A stretch of DNA of 64,000 bases from Phoronis australis (lineage: Eukaryota; Animalia; Phoronida): assembly GCA_002633005.1 (NCBI GenBank), contig NMRA01000006.1, forward strand, positions 18,485 through 82,484. The letters are read 5' to 3'. The notes below the pieces were generated by a model, which saw only the letters and a program-made list of their open reading frames with translations, was not told the origin of the DNA and made no database searches. Shown here piece by piece: positions 27,819 through 40,352 of this stretch; position 1 is the stretch's first letter, and each line of letters starts with the position of its first letter. Made by a program: the position numbers and the translations under genes.

Positions 27819-28905
27819 CAGAGAATGCCACCCGACTTAATTGGTTTTTTTACAGTCTAAATCGGTCTATTTCCACATCACCTCGCATACCGTCGATCTT
27901 ACCTCGCAGAGTGGTGTCGCGTTAACCTGTGAGGAAGGTGAGAAACGTCTCAGCGACGTCAGTGGTTCTTTTGCAGAGTGAATGCCGCTATGGTGTATCT
28001 TTCCCGCTTGTGCGAACTATGAAGCTGCCAGGAAAGCGGGCTTATCGCTTTTTTCAATTTCCTCAAGAGCCTGTAATGCTTCGGAAGTGGCTCGTGGCAG
28101 TGAAGAATGAAAAGTACGCCGTTAATACCAAGTATGAGGCTGTGAAACATCTCCGTGTCTGTGGTCGGCATTTCGTCGACAGTGATTTCACTGACGAATG
28201 CCGGCTTACTAAACAGCTCGTGCCAGGGCAGAAAAATAGACTGATAGCCTGTGAAACCTATCGACTTACCTGAGAAGTCTTCGTCGGATGAGTACTAGTC
28301 TAAGTCAGGATCGCGAGTTAGCATGTTGACGTTTATTATTGTGCGTTGTTTCGTGAAGTCTTCAGTCCGGCCGCGACAGGTCTGATCGGGGTCCTAGCCA
28401 CTGGCCGGGATAACAAACGTTTTGTGTGTTTATGACAGAAAATGTCTAAGATTACAATACACAGCTATGGTCCTCTGTCTGTATTTCACGAACGAATAAT
28501 TCGACTTCATCATCGATCAGACCCCACTAAAACTTCCGCAACCAACCTTGGTAAATTGGCTTACCGAACTTTGTAGGGTACGGTACCCTTTCAAATACCT
28601 ATAAATCCGTAACAACGAAATAAAACAACACGTTTTTCCAATAACTCGATGTATTTGTACGGGATTTACTTCAAATTTTGATAATTTATTGATGTAAAAC
28701 GATGAATTCAATCGATAAGCTGACACCAGTAAGCGTGTTGTGAACTACTGAACAGACTGCATTCGAACCTTTGACGTCATTGGATAATTTCAACACCTCC
28801 GTCTACCGTTAGGTGTCAAGTAAAAGAACTGTACTTGCTGTTATCGACTGGAACTACTCGATCTAAATTGCTACAAAGTAGGTTATTTTGGGGTGGCATT
28901 CTCCT
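27819..28905 (+). mobile_element. Non-autonomous Kolobok-like DNA transposon with a THAP domain remnant
   Basis: TIR GAGAATGCCACCC / GGGTGGCATTCTC flanked by TTAA at 27815-27818 and 28906-28909; internal THAP coding relic. Confidence 0.75.
27982..28245 (+). pseudogene. THAP zinc-finger (C2CH) coding remnant
   Basis: ATG at 27982 gives MPLWCIFPACANY..GLSLF; after removing one T from a T6 run it continues QFPQEP..RKWLVAV..LRVCGRHF..SDF. This is the canonical THAP CxxxxC..FP..W..CxxHF signature. Confidence 0.8.
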
Positions 28906-30561
28906 TTAAATCTCGTCTGATTTCATTATATATTAGTGTCCGGGCTGTCGTGGTCTTATTGTCTCTTTGAACATACGCTAGAGGTTGCAGATCTCGTCCG
29001 ATCTACATGAAATATGCACACTGCGTGTAACTAGTCAATAACTCAAGGTCTGGGGTCCGCATTACGCAGTATCTTTCAATGCTTCTTGCATGCTAGGATT
29101 ACACTAGGCACTCACTACGGTGAATGGACTTTCCTGACCGGCTTCTTCTGTTTGGCAACAGGGATGGTGTCAGTATAGTGCCTGTTCGCGGCAATATTCT
29201 TTCCCGCCCATGCGCACATAGCAACCTGGCAAAACCCTTTTTCAGCAACTACGTAACTGGTGGGAGCGTAAAGCCAAATTTCTATCGTTAGGTCACTTTT
29301 TGCATTAAACAAGCGGATCGACTCCTGGGTAGAGTTCAGTAACGCTAGGACCTCGTTAGAAAAGTAAGAAAGCGACATTACGCGAGACGATGCCGTATGT
29401 TTTAAAGGGGAAAGCATGATTTTGGCTAGATTTTTCCTGTCGTGAGACAGCTACTGAGCTTTTTCGTCGCAGTCGGACAAAGGTTGTTGCTGTCTAGGTC
29501 ATTTTTGCCTTTTGTTGTTTTGCTTTAAATCCGTTTCTTCCATCTGGTTTAGGCCACTTACAGATTTAAAATTGTTCCTCGCAGAGGAGTGATCTCTGAG
29601 CTCGGGAAGAATTGAAAGTTCTTCATTTCATCAGGGGAAGGTCATAACATTTACAGTCGCAGGGTGATCACGTGAATTTTATTCATTCGGTGTGAAGAAA
29701 CAACACAGTTTAATATCATACTTATAGCAGAAAGTGGTCTAAATCAATAGTTATTTTTAGGACAGCCTTATAGAGAGGGTTCATTTATTCAGAAAATTAT
29801 TAGTTTGCATTTTAATGAGAAAAATATAACGCTGTGTGCTTTTTACTTTAAATGAAATCTCTCTTATTTTCAATATCGTCCATGATGGATATCTAACTTC
29901 GGTTTTCTTCCACGTTCAGTTAGCAGAATTAGAAAAACTTAAAAGCCAATTTTCACAAAAATATGAACGTTTAAACAGGGTATATTTGCTTTTATGTAAT
30001 ACAGTGATTTGTGATATCAAGAACATCAAAATTGGTCACAGAACTGTTGTGTTAAGCCTCCTTTAACCAATAGCCCGGCAGCATCCTGGTTCAAGGTATC
30101 AAATGTCGCTTTGACACTGTCCTGCCTAAACAGGTGCAACAGAGCGGCCAAATTAACTTTTTGTTGTCATTGGATAAACACATACTTCGATGAACACAAC
30201 AATAATGAAAGCAGTAGAAGTGCGCACTGGACTGATACTATGACATTGACTTAGGAAAATGTTGCTCAATGTATTATTTGTTCGACGTCGTATCCGTCTT
30301 ATCAGTCCCTGAGCATATACACACAACTGCTACTTACAGATATAATTTCTACGGATTATTTCTATAAGGACACTAAGCCCTGTTTTGGTAATTTCACCGA
30401 TCCTGGTTGAGTAACATGATAATCCATCATTGGTGGCCCACTAATTAAGTGATGAAAGCACGATTCAACAACAAAATCATACTCCCTGTGTCACAGATTT
30501 CATTTTATGGTTCTTGATCGGTAATCCTTCCCAACAGTTGTGTAACTGGCCAGAAACGTAG

Positions 30562-30675
30562 CATGGATGGTGCACCCACTTATTTCAGTGCTACGCACTC
30601 CATGTCCATGAGCGACGCACCCGACAGAGGGCTAAGGCTATAGCCCCCACTTATTTCAGTGCTGCGCCGCCCATG
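30562..30675. mobile_element. Tandem pair of very short CATGG..CCATG mini-elements
   Basis: TIR CATGGGCGGCGCAC-like with flanking CGTAG on both sides. Relatives at ~5613-5684, ~7619-7685 and 55079-55152. Confidence 0.6.
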
Positions 30676-31039
30676 CGTAGATCACGCGTGCAAGTTAGGC
30701 ACACTTCGTTCTTTGCACATTTTGCTCCAAACTTGAAGGTTGTCAAGGTTTACAGGGCATTGTTTTGTTTCGGAGAAATGGATGGGAAAGTCGTTTTCAA
30801 TATCTATTAATAAGCCAAAACCTGATTTTGTATCCTTTGAAGCCATGTCTCGTTTATTGAGACTTACTCCTGGAGAAAAATTATTCACCGTGGTGGCTTA
30901 TATCACTCCTTAGCTATCCATAAACAAATCGCAACCCATCAATACAAGCAATACTCGTGTAAACTTGAGGCATCGTCCAGAAAGGAGATACTCCAAACAG
31001 TAGGTAAAGCTCGTGAGAAGGAGACCGGTGCCATGTGGA

Positions 31040-31635
31040 GCTCGCTTACACTGGTCACTGCTCTGATTCCCTAAGCTCCACACAACTTTTATGATCCCTA
31101 TTCAGCACGCTCTTTGTATTGATGTACATCTGAGCTATGAGGTGGAAAGGTAATAGCTAGCACTACTTTCTTAACAATGGTGGTCGTTATTACACCCAAA
31201 TTGTTTTTCTCTGGCATTTGCACAGAGTTAAAGCCTGCAATGTGGAGAGCAGTTTTAACTTCATACATTTTAAATATTACAAAAAGACTAAAAAGTTAAT
31301 TTGCGTTGATCTTGACAAAGGGCCACTTCCCAAAGGAACGTTGGTTTTAAATATGCTTGATACCTGTTTTCATTACTTTATTCTAATACTCCTTGTGTCT
31401 ACATGCTTTTTTCTTATCGGTTAGGGTTGCTATCTTTTTATTTTGTGTTTAAACGAAGCATCAAAACAACTTAGATGTCAGTTTATTGTGAACCCATCCC
31501 TAAACTTTCCTGATTACAGCTACATTAAACATTTCACAGCGAACAAAACCACACGTGTCATTAGTTCAAGTTTAATCTTTGTTAGAACTAAAATCATAAA
31601 ATATATACAAAAGTTCAAATGGTGACAGCCAAACT
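31040..31635 (-). repeat. Dispersed repeat, inverted copy of ~22860-23450
   Basis: Colinear reverse-complement similarity; abuts the 5' end of the sulfotransferase relic. Confidence 0.75.
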
Positions 31636-31702
31636 GAAGATTTGGAATCTCTGGACAATTTCGGTTGCACTAACTACATAACTATTCTAGCCTGAGCTTT
31701 TT

Positions 31703-32560
31703 GGTAACTCATTTCATTGGCCTCGAAAAATCAAGCGGTCGTCTGTTCTCCCAGTATTCTTGAATGAAACGCACATGAAACAATTTAACATTTTGACCCA
31801 ACACGTGCCCTTTGATGCAGAGCAAGTGAAGTCCTTTATGCCTCGTGACAGCGTTTTTGTGACCACTATGGGAGAGCCATCTCGCACGTTTTCTTCCGCT
31901 TTGTACTATATGCCTATATATTACGATACTTGCTTTAATTTGACGACTGCCAACAAGGCCGAGGATTTCGTGAGTAATTTAAAACTGGAATTCAGCATAC
32001 AAGACAGCGCATGTGCAAACACCAAAAAGACGGTGTGCCATCTCATGACTTCACTATGTTTGACTTCGACCTAGATTTAACGGAATTGGACAACGACACT
32101 CGAGTTATTGAGAAAGTGGGGGAAATAGAGTCACTGTTTTCTTTAGTAATGATCACAGAATATTTTGACGAGTTTTTAGTTCTATTAAAGGAGCAGTTAA
32201 ATTGGAAGACTAAGGACATTGTTTACTTCAGGCAAAATGTAGTTAAACATTCAAGAAACCGTTTGTCGGAAGGAACCGTGGAGAAACTTAGAGAATGGAA
32301 CCGATTATTTCACTAAGAATTTATAGAATAAAATGGTGAAATTCGGCCTTGGAAGACCCCGTAAAGAGGTAAAGCATTTAAAAACAATGTGTAAAGAATG
32401 GGAAACGTTTTGCATTGAGAAGATCGTTATCGGGAATAAGATGTCGGCGGGTGATCCCAGGAGACCGTTCAACCCCATGGCTGAAGGGTACGTTCTGAGA
32501 CGGGAGGCAAGAGATGACGAGAGCGGAAAATCCCTACACGCTCGTGTTGTACAGTATAAA
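31703..32560 (+). pseudogene. Galactose-3-O-sulfotransferase (GAL3ST/cerebroside sulfotransferase-like) pseudogene fragment
   Basis: Three successive frames give NSFHWP..FNILTQHVPF..MPRDSVFVTTMGEP..FSSALYY, then MFDFDL..IESLFSLVMITEYFDEFLVLLKEQLNWKTKDIVYF..N..LREWN, then EVKHLK..ETFCIE. This matches the GAL3ST family pattern. It has frameshifts, a TAA at 32314-32316, and lacks the N-terminal KTHKT motif. Confidence 0.85.
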
Positions 32561-33109
32561 AAAATGATGAAACGCCGTAAATATATCGGTACTTTTTTAA
32601 CAATACCACTGAGTCGCTCGAAAAACACAAATGTATACTGTTAGTCTGCAAAAAGAACCTTCTCCACGGAAAAAATCTCAACGTCCATCACAAGCTGGTT
32701 ACAGATTTCTGGATTTTTCATTTCCCGGACCGTTGATTAGACGGTTTTGCCACTGGACTAACATAGCAATCTAGGGTGTATAGTTCATGTCTTTATGATG
32801 TGATCTAGGAATAAGTGATCAAGAAGTCACGGATCTTAACCAAACCGTTAGAAAATGAAGGCGAGCATAAATTGCGGAACCCCCTAATCGACAAACAAGA
32901 GGCTCTACTAATTGTTATTGTTCTTAACGATTCATCGGGATCACGTGACCTCTCTTGCAGAGAACCGTGAAGAGTAAACAAAACGGAATCTAGACATTTA
33001 AAATACACGCGCAAAATAATAGTGCATCGCGAAAGTAGCTGTTGTTCGTGAATAAAAACCAACTGTATGTGAACATTGAGTTCTACAAGTATGGAGACAA
33101 AAAGTTGGT

Positions 33110-33200
33110 AGATTCGGTGTTCCATCTACACAAATACTGTTTTAAAAATGGAGTGTTTCCAAAAGAATGGACAAACTCCATTATAGTACCGTTTGATTAA
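33110..33200 (+). mobile_element. Non-LTR retrotransposon (LINE) RT fragment
   Basis: Translates HLHKYCFKNGVFPKEWTNSIIVPF, the typical LINE ORF2 'G.fP..W....I.P' block. Confidence 0.55.
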
Positions 33201-33653
33201 AAACCGGACGATCGCCGGACAAATGAAGAAGTTCATGATAAATCAACGTTTCATCTATTCGTTAGACATCATCAGGATATTTACATAGGACAGCAAGTGC
33301 CAACATACATTCAGGTGACATCCATGAAGTGAAGTGAGAGATACAAAGTAGTCAGTAGGTCAGGATACCCTGTCGCATCTGGTCACATCGATGGAAGCTT
33401 GTGGTTATGTGAATAAACAGAACTGTCGATTCTGGGCTGCACGTCTCCTTATCTCGTAGAGCACTTCCTTATGTGGAAAACGTGACCTTTGACCTTTGGT
33501 GTAAACAAAAAATGGCAACTTTAAGCCGCAGCCAGTTCAATTGACCTATCGGCAGGATTATGACTGACTGCTCAACTGACCAGTCAGAACGCAGCATTCT
33601 TGATACACCTTCGCCTGCGTTTCCAAGCCGCCATTTTACTCGACAAACAATAC

Positions 33654-34320
33654 CATTACGGCGTTTTCCCGTTGATCCCAATGTGTTCGGTTTTATAGCC
33701 CATCAACTAGTTGGGAAGATGACCCCTGTAGCCAATATCTTACACGACTGATTAACTCCATTCTGGCATTTATAGTTAGAGGGCCAGCTCTCTTTTGTTC
33801 GATAATTGTCTAATCTCCAATAAGATCGTATCTATACCCTGACGGGGCTGTGCTGCTGTCAAAAATTAAAGTTAAGTTATAACATATTTGAACATAAACC
33901 AATAGCATTTCTGAAATACTCGTCAAATGCTGATTTCAGCAGTAGTCTAAAGGTAGTCCCCGGAAACTGTTGGTTTTAAGGACATTTTTATTATTTTTTA
34001 TTTATTTCGACCTGATGGACATCGTTTTGTTTCGTAGCAGAGGTACATTTTTTATTCATATACCCGTAGGATGGGGTTCAACTAAACTACTTTCCAAAAT
34101 TAAGAGATTCGATCGGTACAGGAAGGGTCCATTACGGCGTTCTCCCGTTCAGTGACTTCACTAGACGTAGAGGGTTGTAAGCGTGTGATAACATCTAGCT
34201 CCTTTGTTAACTGCCAAGCGCAGTCTTTTGTCTGGTATGACAAGTGACAATAGGCAGGCCAATTATCTACCAGGCTTATTACAGACCACTTGTGAACACA
34301 ATCAAACCCAGAGCGAATAG
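33654..34320. mobile_element. Rearranged partial copies of the CATTA-MITE family
   Basis: Left half at 33654-33930; the opposite end starts in reverse orientation at 34130. Confidence 0.65.
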
Positions 34321-34471
34321 CGGAGTTGCAACCGAATCGATTTAACGATTGCGCATGTCCGGAAATTAGTGTGCGCAAAGGCTATTGGGATTGATAAAGG
34401 TAAATGGAATGGCCGATTGGTTTGCATGACGTGTGATTTGTGTGCATTAAACTACGCTGTTGTATGCAATT

Positions 34472-34943
34472 CTGCCGCTATTCGCCCTAATAAGCGCCCA
34501 CGCCCCAACAAGTGCCCCAACGCGTTTTCAGACTTTGCTAAAGTAAGCGCCTAGCCCATGAACTACATGCGAAAAATGCCCTTACCTACAGTTCTAACGT
34601 CTCCAATTTATCAATTGAAAGATCCAACAGTCCTGAATTTGTAGACCACGAGCCTCACCGTTATGTCCGTATACACTTCAAACTTACGCCGCGATTCAAA
34701 AAGAACGCAGAAGTTTTGCTGCTCTTGCGAGGGATGTGCCCCACTACGCGGGTGTGGACTTTGAAAAGAGATGCAGTGTACTTGTCAGCGGCCTTGCATT
34801 GTTTCTTTCCGGTACAGATCATCTCCGGCCTCAACAGGGCTGTCATCGAAGACATTTAGTCGGGAACTATCTATTCATGAAACGGGTAACAAAGCATCGG
34901 CAAATAAATATTGGCACTAAATTCCGAAAGTTTCTAATACTGT
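34472..34943 (-). mobile_element. Tc2/pogo-like non-autonomous element with a HIRAN-like coding relic
   Basis: Left end with repeated TAAGCGCCC and right end AATACTGTA. Minus strand reads DKYTAS..VVGHIPRKSS..FFLNRG..LKC, matching the D..A....VGHxP..S....FL..G HIRAN-like pattern. Confidence 0.45.
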
Positions 34944-36234
34944 AAAAAACTTTTGCATTTTTTAAGAGAAATTATTTAACTAATCGTAATTGGTGTTTTT
35001 AAGGTCAAAATGACCCACTTCGCACCCTTACATCCCAAATCTTCCGGAAAATAGCTGTTATACTACGGTCACGCATCCACTCACCTGGCGACAATGAGTG
35101 ACATATCGGTCTTACCGAAAAAAATTCTCGAAAGTTTTTTAGCAGATGAGGCCAGCAAGTGCTAAGATCAATATTAAAACACGCTCTGCTTGACTGCTTG
35201 ACTTAATTTCTTTGGATACAATGCACACCTAGATCATTACATTACTCTGGCAAATGAACTCTGACGACAAGCACACGCACGCTTACTGTCACACACCCGC
35301 ATACAAACTTCAAAACAAACGTTACGTGACAACAACATGTGTGTTCCTCCAGAGATTTTTATCGTGTTGCGGGCTACAATCTAGTGCAGATTTGGACTTA
35401 ATCTGCAGTTAATCCAGACTCCACAAGAACTTAAAAATCTTAGAGACGCTATTCGGAAAACTTGAGGAGGACTTCAGGTAATTTGTTGAGTCGAAGCTGT
35501 ATTCTTATTCAAGAATTGAAGCCCTATCGACGATTGCGAGACCGGCAGCTACGCATTTGTCGGCAAGATTTCGCCCTGGGACTTCCAACACAATTTTATG
35601 AAAAATGATCGTAATTTAACAACGAATTTTGATAGCAATGCACTACAATTTTGTAGAAAGTAAATAATAATATTCGGCATGCTTTATCCTAGCGCGTAAT
35701 ACATATAGTGAGCGTACGTTAAGTGTGTTGACCCAGAACAGGTGATTGTGCAGAGGCATTATCCTCAAAATTGTTCATGTTGGCTTGGTTCTGGTTAAGC
35801 GAAAACAAGTTGTTTTTTTTTCACTACCAACCGCCGTAGAGTATTTTGTTACTGCTTCTTTGAAGGGAGATATTGTTGGGCAGTTTCCAAGATACGTTTT
35901 CTTGCCGCCCTCAAAATGAGCGCTTCATACTTTATGCTCTGACCCATGTTTAACGCAGTTCTTGATCCTTGGGAAACAGGTAGTAACTAATTTTTTTATC
36001 TCGCTAACTGGTATTATAGCATGCCAGGCACACAACACGTATAACCTCCCTGTGGCCGGTTCACCCCCACGCTTGCCGACGTACTTGTTTACCGGCTTAA
36101 CCACAATGCAACATTCAGACCCATTTCCAATATGGCGGCGTTGCAACTCCGCTATTGACCTATCGCAAGCTCCGCCCCTATGCGAAAAGTCACGTGATAC
36201 CCGACATTCGAACGAGATATCAGAGGCAAATGCA

Positions 36235-36626
36235 CTGTCGCTAAACGACGTTCCTGGTGGAATCAATGAGTGTTTTTGCACTATTTGAAAACGCTTCGAC
36301 AGATACAAGAGGCGATGCTTTTCAACAGAGAATCGTACGTTCACGATATGGGAATTTGTAAAGGTGACGATGAAAAAATGGATCGAGGAGCCAGCGAAAA
36401 TCCGAAGAACCCCTCTGCCTCGGGGCCACCTTCACCTGACAAATGACAAGGCCACTGATACGATATGTTCATGTAAAGCTGGGTATGTACCTTAAAGTCG
36501 AATTATCTGTACGATTCCATAGATTTCATGATCTTTCGAATAAAATCAGTGAAGATTCTCCGATATTTTTATTCTGTCGTCTGCTAAATTTCGCCAAATA
36601 AAAAGTAGGTCGACTGGTGGGACTCT
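36235..36626 (+). repeat. Inverted repeat arm pairing with 38088-38155 plus 38650-38960
   Basis: For example GACAAGGCCACTGATA versus TATCAGTGGCCTTGTC, and CTGGTGGGACTC versus GAGTCCCACCAG. Confidence 0.75.
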
Positions 36627-36978
36627 TGGAGTAAAGTAGGTCATAGATTACAGACAGAACATGCGCTATAGTCTGACTAGGTCGATTCGATAGCACTGTT
36701 TACGCTTTTCTAATCTTGTAACAAAATATTTTGATAAAAAAATTCAGGTTCATAGCTCATGTACACATTCATCTCGTCCTAGGCAAACACTTAGCTCTGG
36801 TAGGTCTAGGGCTGTGTCTAAGTCAGTGGCGGATCTAGGATACCACAAGGGGGGGTCCAACATGTTGCCTCGTGGAATTGGGCAAAGTGCAATTGTATGT
36901 GCACAGGCGGCCCGAAAGTTGCCGGGGCCGGGGATGCAGACCTTTGGACCTTCTTTTCAGAAAATCTATCGGTGGACT

Positions 36979-37749
36979 NNNNNNNNNNNNNNNNNNNNNN
37001 NNNNNNNNNNNNNNNNNNNNNNNNNNNNNNNNNNNNNNNNNNNNNNNNNNNNNNNNNNNNNNNNNNNNNNNNNNNNNNNNNNNNNNNNNNNNNNNNNNNN
37101 NNNNNNNNNNNNNNNNNNNNNNNNNNNNNNNNNNNNNNNNNNNNNNNNNNNNNNNNNNNNNNNNNNNNNNNNNNNNNNNNNNNNNNNNNNNNNNNNNNNN
37201 NNNNNNNNNNNNNNNNNNNNNNNNNNNNNNNNNNNNNNNNNNNNNNNNNNNNNNNNNNNNNNNNNNNNNNNNNNNNNNNNNNNNNNNNNNNNNNNNNNNN
37301 NNNNNNNNNNNNNNNNNNNNNNNNNNNNNNNNNNNNNNNNNNNNNNNNNNNNNNNNNNNNNNNNNNNNNNNNNNNNNNNNNNNNNNNNNNNNNNNNNNNN
37401 NNNNNNNNNNNNNNNNNNNNNNNNNNNNNNNNNNNNNNNNNNNNNNNNNNNNNNNNNNNNNNNNNNNNNNNNNNNNNNNNNNNNNNNNNNNNNNNNNNNN
37501 NNNNNNNNNNNNNNNNNNNNNNNNNNNNNNNNNNNNNNNNNNNNNNNNNNNNNNNNNNNNNNNNNNNNNNNNNNNNNNNNNNNNNNNNNNNNNNNNNNNN
37601 NNNNNNNNNNNNNNNNNNNNNNNNNNNNNNNNNNNNNNNNNNNNNNNNNNNNNNNNNNNNNNNNNNNNNNNNNNNNNNNNNNNNNNNNNNNNNNNNNNNN
37701 NNNNNNNNNNNNNNNNNNNNNNNNNNNNNNNNNNNNNNNNNNNNNNNNN
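36979..37749. other. Assembly gap (N-run)
   Basis: 771 Ns; the long ORFs spanning it are artefacts. Confidence 1.
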
Positions 37750-38087
37750 CGGCTGTCGGTGCTACACACGCCATATCAACACCGTTTCCCCATTATTAGC
37801 GGACAATTTCTTGAGCTATAGACTAAAGTAAGTTTTACTCGACTACGTGTGGTTTGTCGGGTAAAATGGCGGCTTGAAAACGCAGACGAAGGTGTGCAAA
37901 GAATGCTTTGTTCTGATTGGTCAATTAAGCCGTCCATCATAATCCTGGCGATAGGTCAATTGGTACGTTCGGAAAGAATAGATTGTCGTAACTTCGGTTG
38001 TAGTCGGACGATTTTGGCGATTCAAAAACTAAACATTATCAGCATAGAAAAGCGTAAATAGAGCTATCCTCTCGTACTTTACTCGGG

Positions 38088-38960
38088 GAGTCCCACCAGT
38101 TGTGACCTACTTTTCATTTGGCGGAATTTAGCAGACGGCAGAATAAAAATATCCATTACGTATCATGCTCCTGGAGTGTAAAAATCATGAAATTTCCACT
38201 ATCACCATGTAAGCTATAATCACGCTCCCCTGTCAAGCACGCCTTCTGTGTGTGTTGGTATATAATGATGTGGTTACGCTGGTCAGCCGAGAGCTTATAG
38301 TCACACAAAGGAATCAACAGGTGAAAGTTAAGAGTAATTTCTCTGAAAGTCAACCGTTTTTCTCCATTCGGCGAAGTTTTTTTGGTGAAAGTATTTCATA
38401 CAAAACACATCTGCTTCGCAACAGTTGTTGAAAGTCGTCTGCAAAGTAACATTTTTAAATATCGGTTAGCGTTTACAACATAGTTGCTGGATAACGTGAG
38501 CTTATCAGATGAAACAGACAATAAGAGAGCCGGACTATGTAAACAGTGGATTGCCACTGTCAAACTGATAACAACACGGCTGTAACCCGACAGGCCGATC
38601 AGACCGCCGGATTAAGCCCTACTCATTCCACAGCCCGGGTTCGTAACGCGGTGAAACTTCACCGATTTTGTTTGCAAAATCCTGAAATCTAGGGCATCGT
38701 ACAGAGAATACGACTTTAAGGTATATACACATCTTTACAAGAACATATCATATCAGTGGCCTTGTCATTAGTCTAAGGTGGGGTTCTTCAGATTTACCCT
38801 GGCTCCGAAATAGTTTTCCTCGAAAACTTATTTTTTCATCGTCGCTTTTACAAATTCCCACATCATGAACGTGAAAAGCATCGCCTGTTGTCTTTGTCAA
38901 AGCGCTTTCTGGTAGTGCAAAAAACACTCGTCGAGTCCACCAGGAACGTCGTTTAGCTGT
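38088..38960 (-). repeat. Inverted repeat arm interrupted by ~500 bp of extra sequence
   Basis: Similarity to 36235-36626 breaks at ~38155 and resumes at ~38650. Confidence 0.7.
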
Positions 38961-39576
38961 AGTGTATTTGCCTGTGACATCCTGTTTGTTTGGTTGGTTG
39001 GTTTTTTCGGGTGTCGGCTTACGATAGGTCAATTAAGAGGAAATTGATGTAACCCTAACAGCTTAGAATTAGTCATAAAGTAATTTGTAGTATTCAGTTA
39101 CATTTTGAAATGCAATTGGAATGCTTTTTGGAAATCATCTTGTTCCACTGGCTTGCCTCATTTTGCCGACCTCAGATTCGGAGTGCAATCACACACGATA
39201 ATCTGCCGTTAATTTCCATCTTGTCAGTCAGCTTTTTGTCGAATCACTTCGAGAGCAACCGCGCATTTATCATAAGCGGGAGAGAGATTAGAAACTCTGT
39301 GGTGACTACAGCTATAGAGTTTTTCCTGCGTGCGTATTTCAAAAATTGTGAATTGTGTGATTTTTTCAGCAAATTCGCTGACAGAGGAAAGTGAAAACTG
39401 TAATACACGTTGCGAGAAGGTATTTCAGCAAGAATCGTTTAAAAGATTTTTGACGAGCTTTCGCATTCCATGTTGCACTTTAAAGCATAACTGAACCGAA
39501 ATTTGTTATTTTGGGCTAAACAGATAGTCCTAGCACAGCCTTAGTAAAATAAGAAAACGCGAGTTCAATCACGCTG

Positions 39577-40352
39577 TTACAGGGAGATTTTATGTAGGAT
39601 GAACATGTCATTTATTTATCATTAAAGTATGATACAAACACATTACAACTTGGGTTAATTATATACGTGAGAATAATATTACATGAGAAATATTTAGTAT
39701 TAATTAAGTATAGAGTGGTTGTTGCGTAATTAATTAAGGGTATTAGTTGTTTACTGAAATTTATTGCCTCCTATGAGTGCATAGGAAATGAATCAGCAGA
39801 TCTATCTCTGTTTATGCTATGCTAGCAGAGTTATGTAACTTTAAATTCACCGGAATTGGTCAACTGTGGGGTTAGCCAGTTCTGACAACAATAAACTTGT
39901 TATTATTGAGCAGAAATTACTTAATAAGGGCTTGTCTGTCCGCGACCATATTTGGCGAAAGCTTAGGTTCATAATTGGAATCGTATGATGTTGTTCCGGG
40001 AGTTGATTTGGAGGAAGTTTATGGGTATTATGTTTTGATCTAACTCGCCCACCTTTATTCTGTTTGAGTATAAGTATACCGTTAGCTTCTCAAGAAGGTA
40101 TATTTCCAACGAAAGGCAACCAAGTTATAGAAATTCGATGGACTGAATTTCAATCCGATACATGTAACAGAAATTTGATGGACTGAATTTCAAAGGGGTA
40201 CATTGTATCTAGAATTCGATGGAATGAATTCAATGTTAACATACATGTTGTTCGATGGACTGAACTTCATGGTTATTCCGAAGCATTTCATCAAGTGAAG
40301 ACTGCTTGGAAAACTGGATGGCATGATCAAGAGAAGAGGTAACTCCTCATAA
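39577..40352 (+). mobile_element. Possible old solo LTR
   Basis: TGTTACAGGGAG...CTCCTCATAACA imperfect inverted termini, AATAAA near 39890, and four internal GATGGACTGAA-like repeats. No matching TSD. Confidence 0.3.

Noticed and set aside
36814-37831. 267-335 aa ORFs in the ORF track
   Set aside because: They consist almost entirely of X from the N-gap.
40130-40270. Spaced GATGGACTGAA-like repeats as a CRISPR-like array
   Set aside because: Only four short degenerate copies with irregular spacing, inside an LTR-like block.
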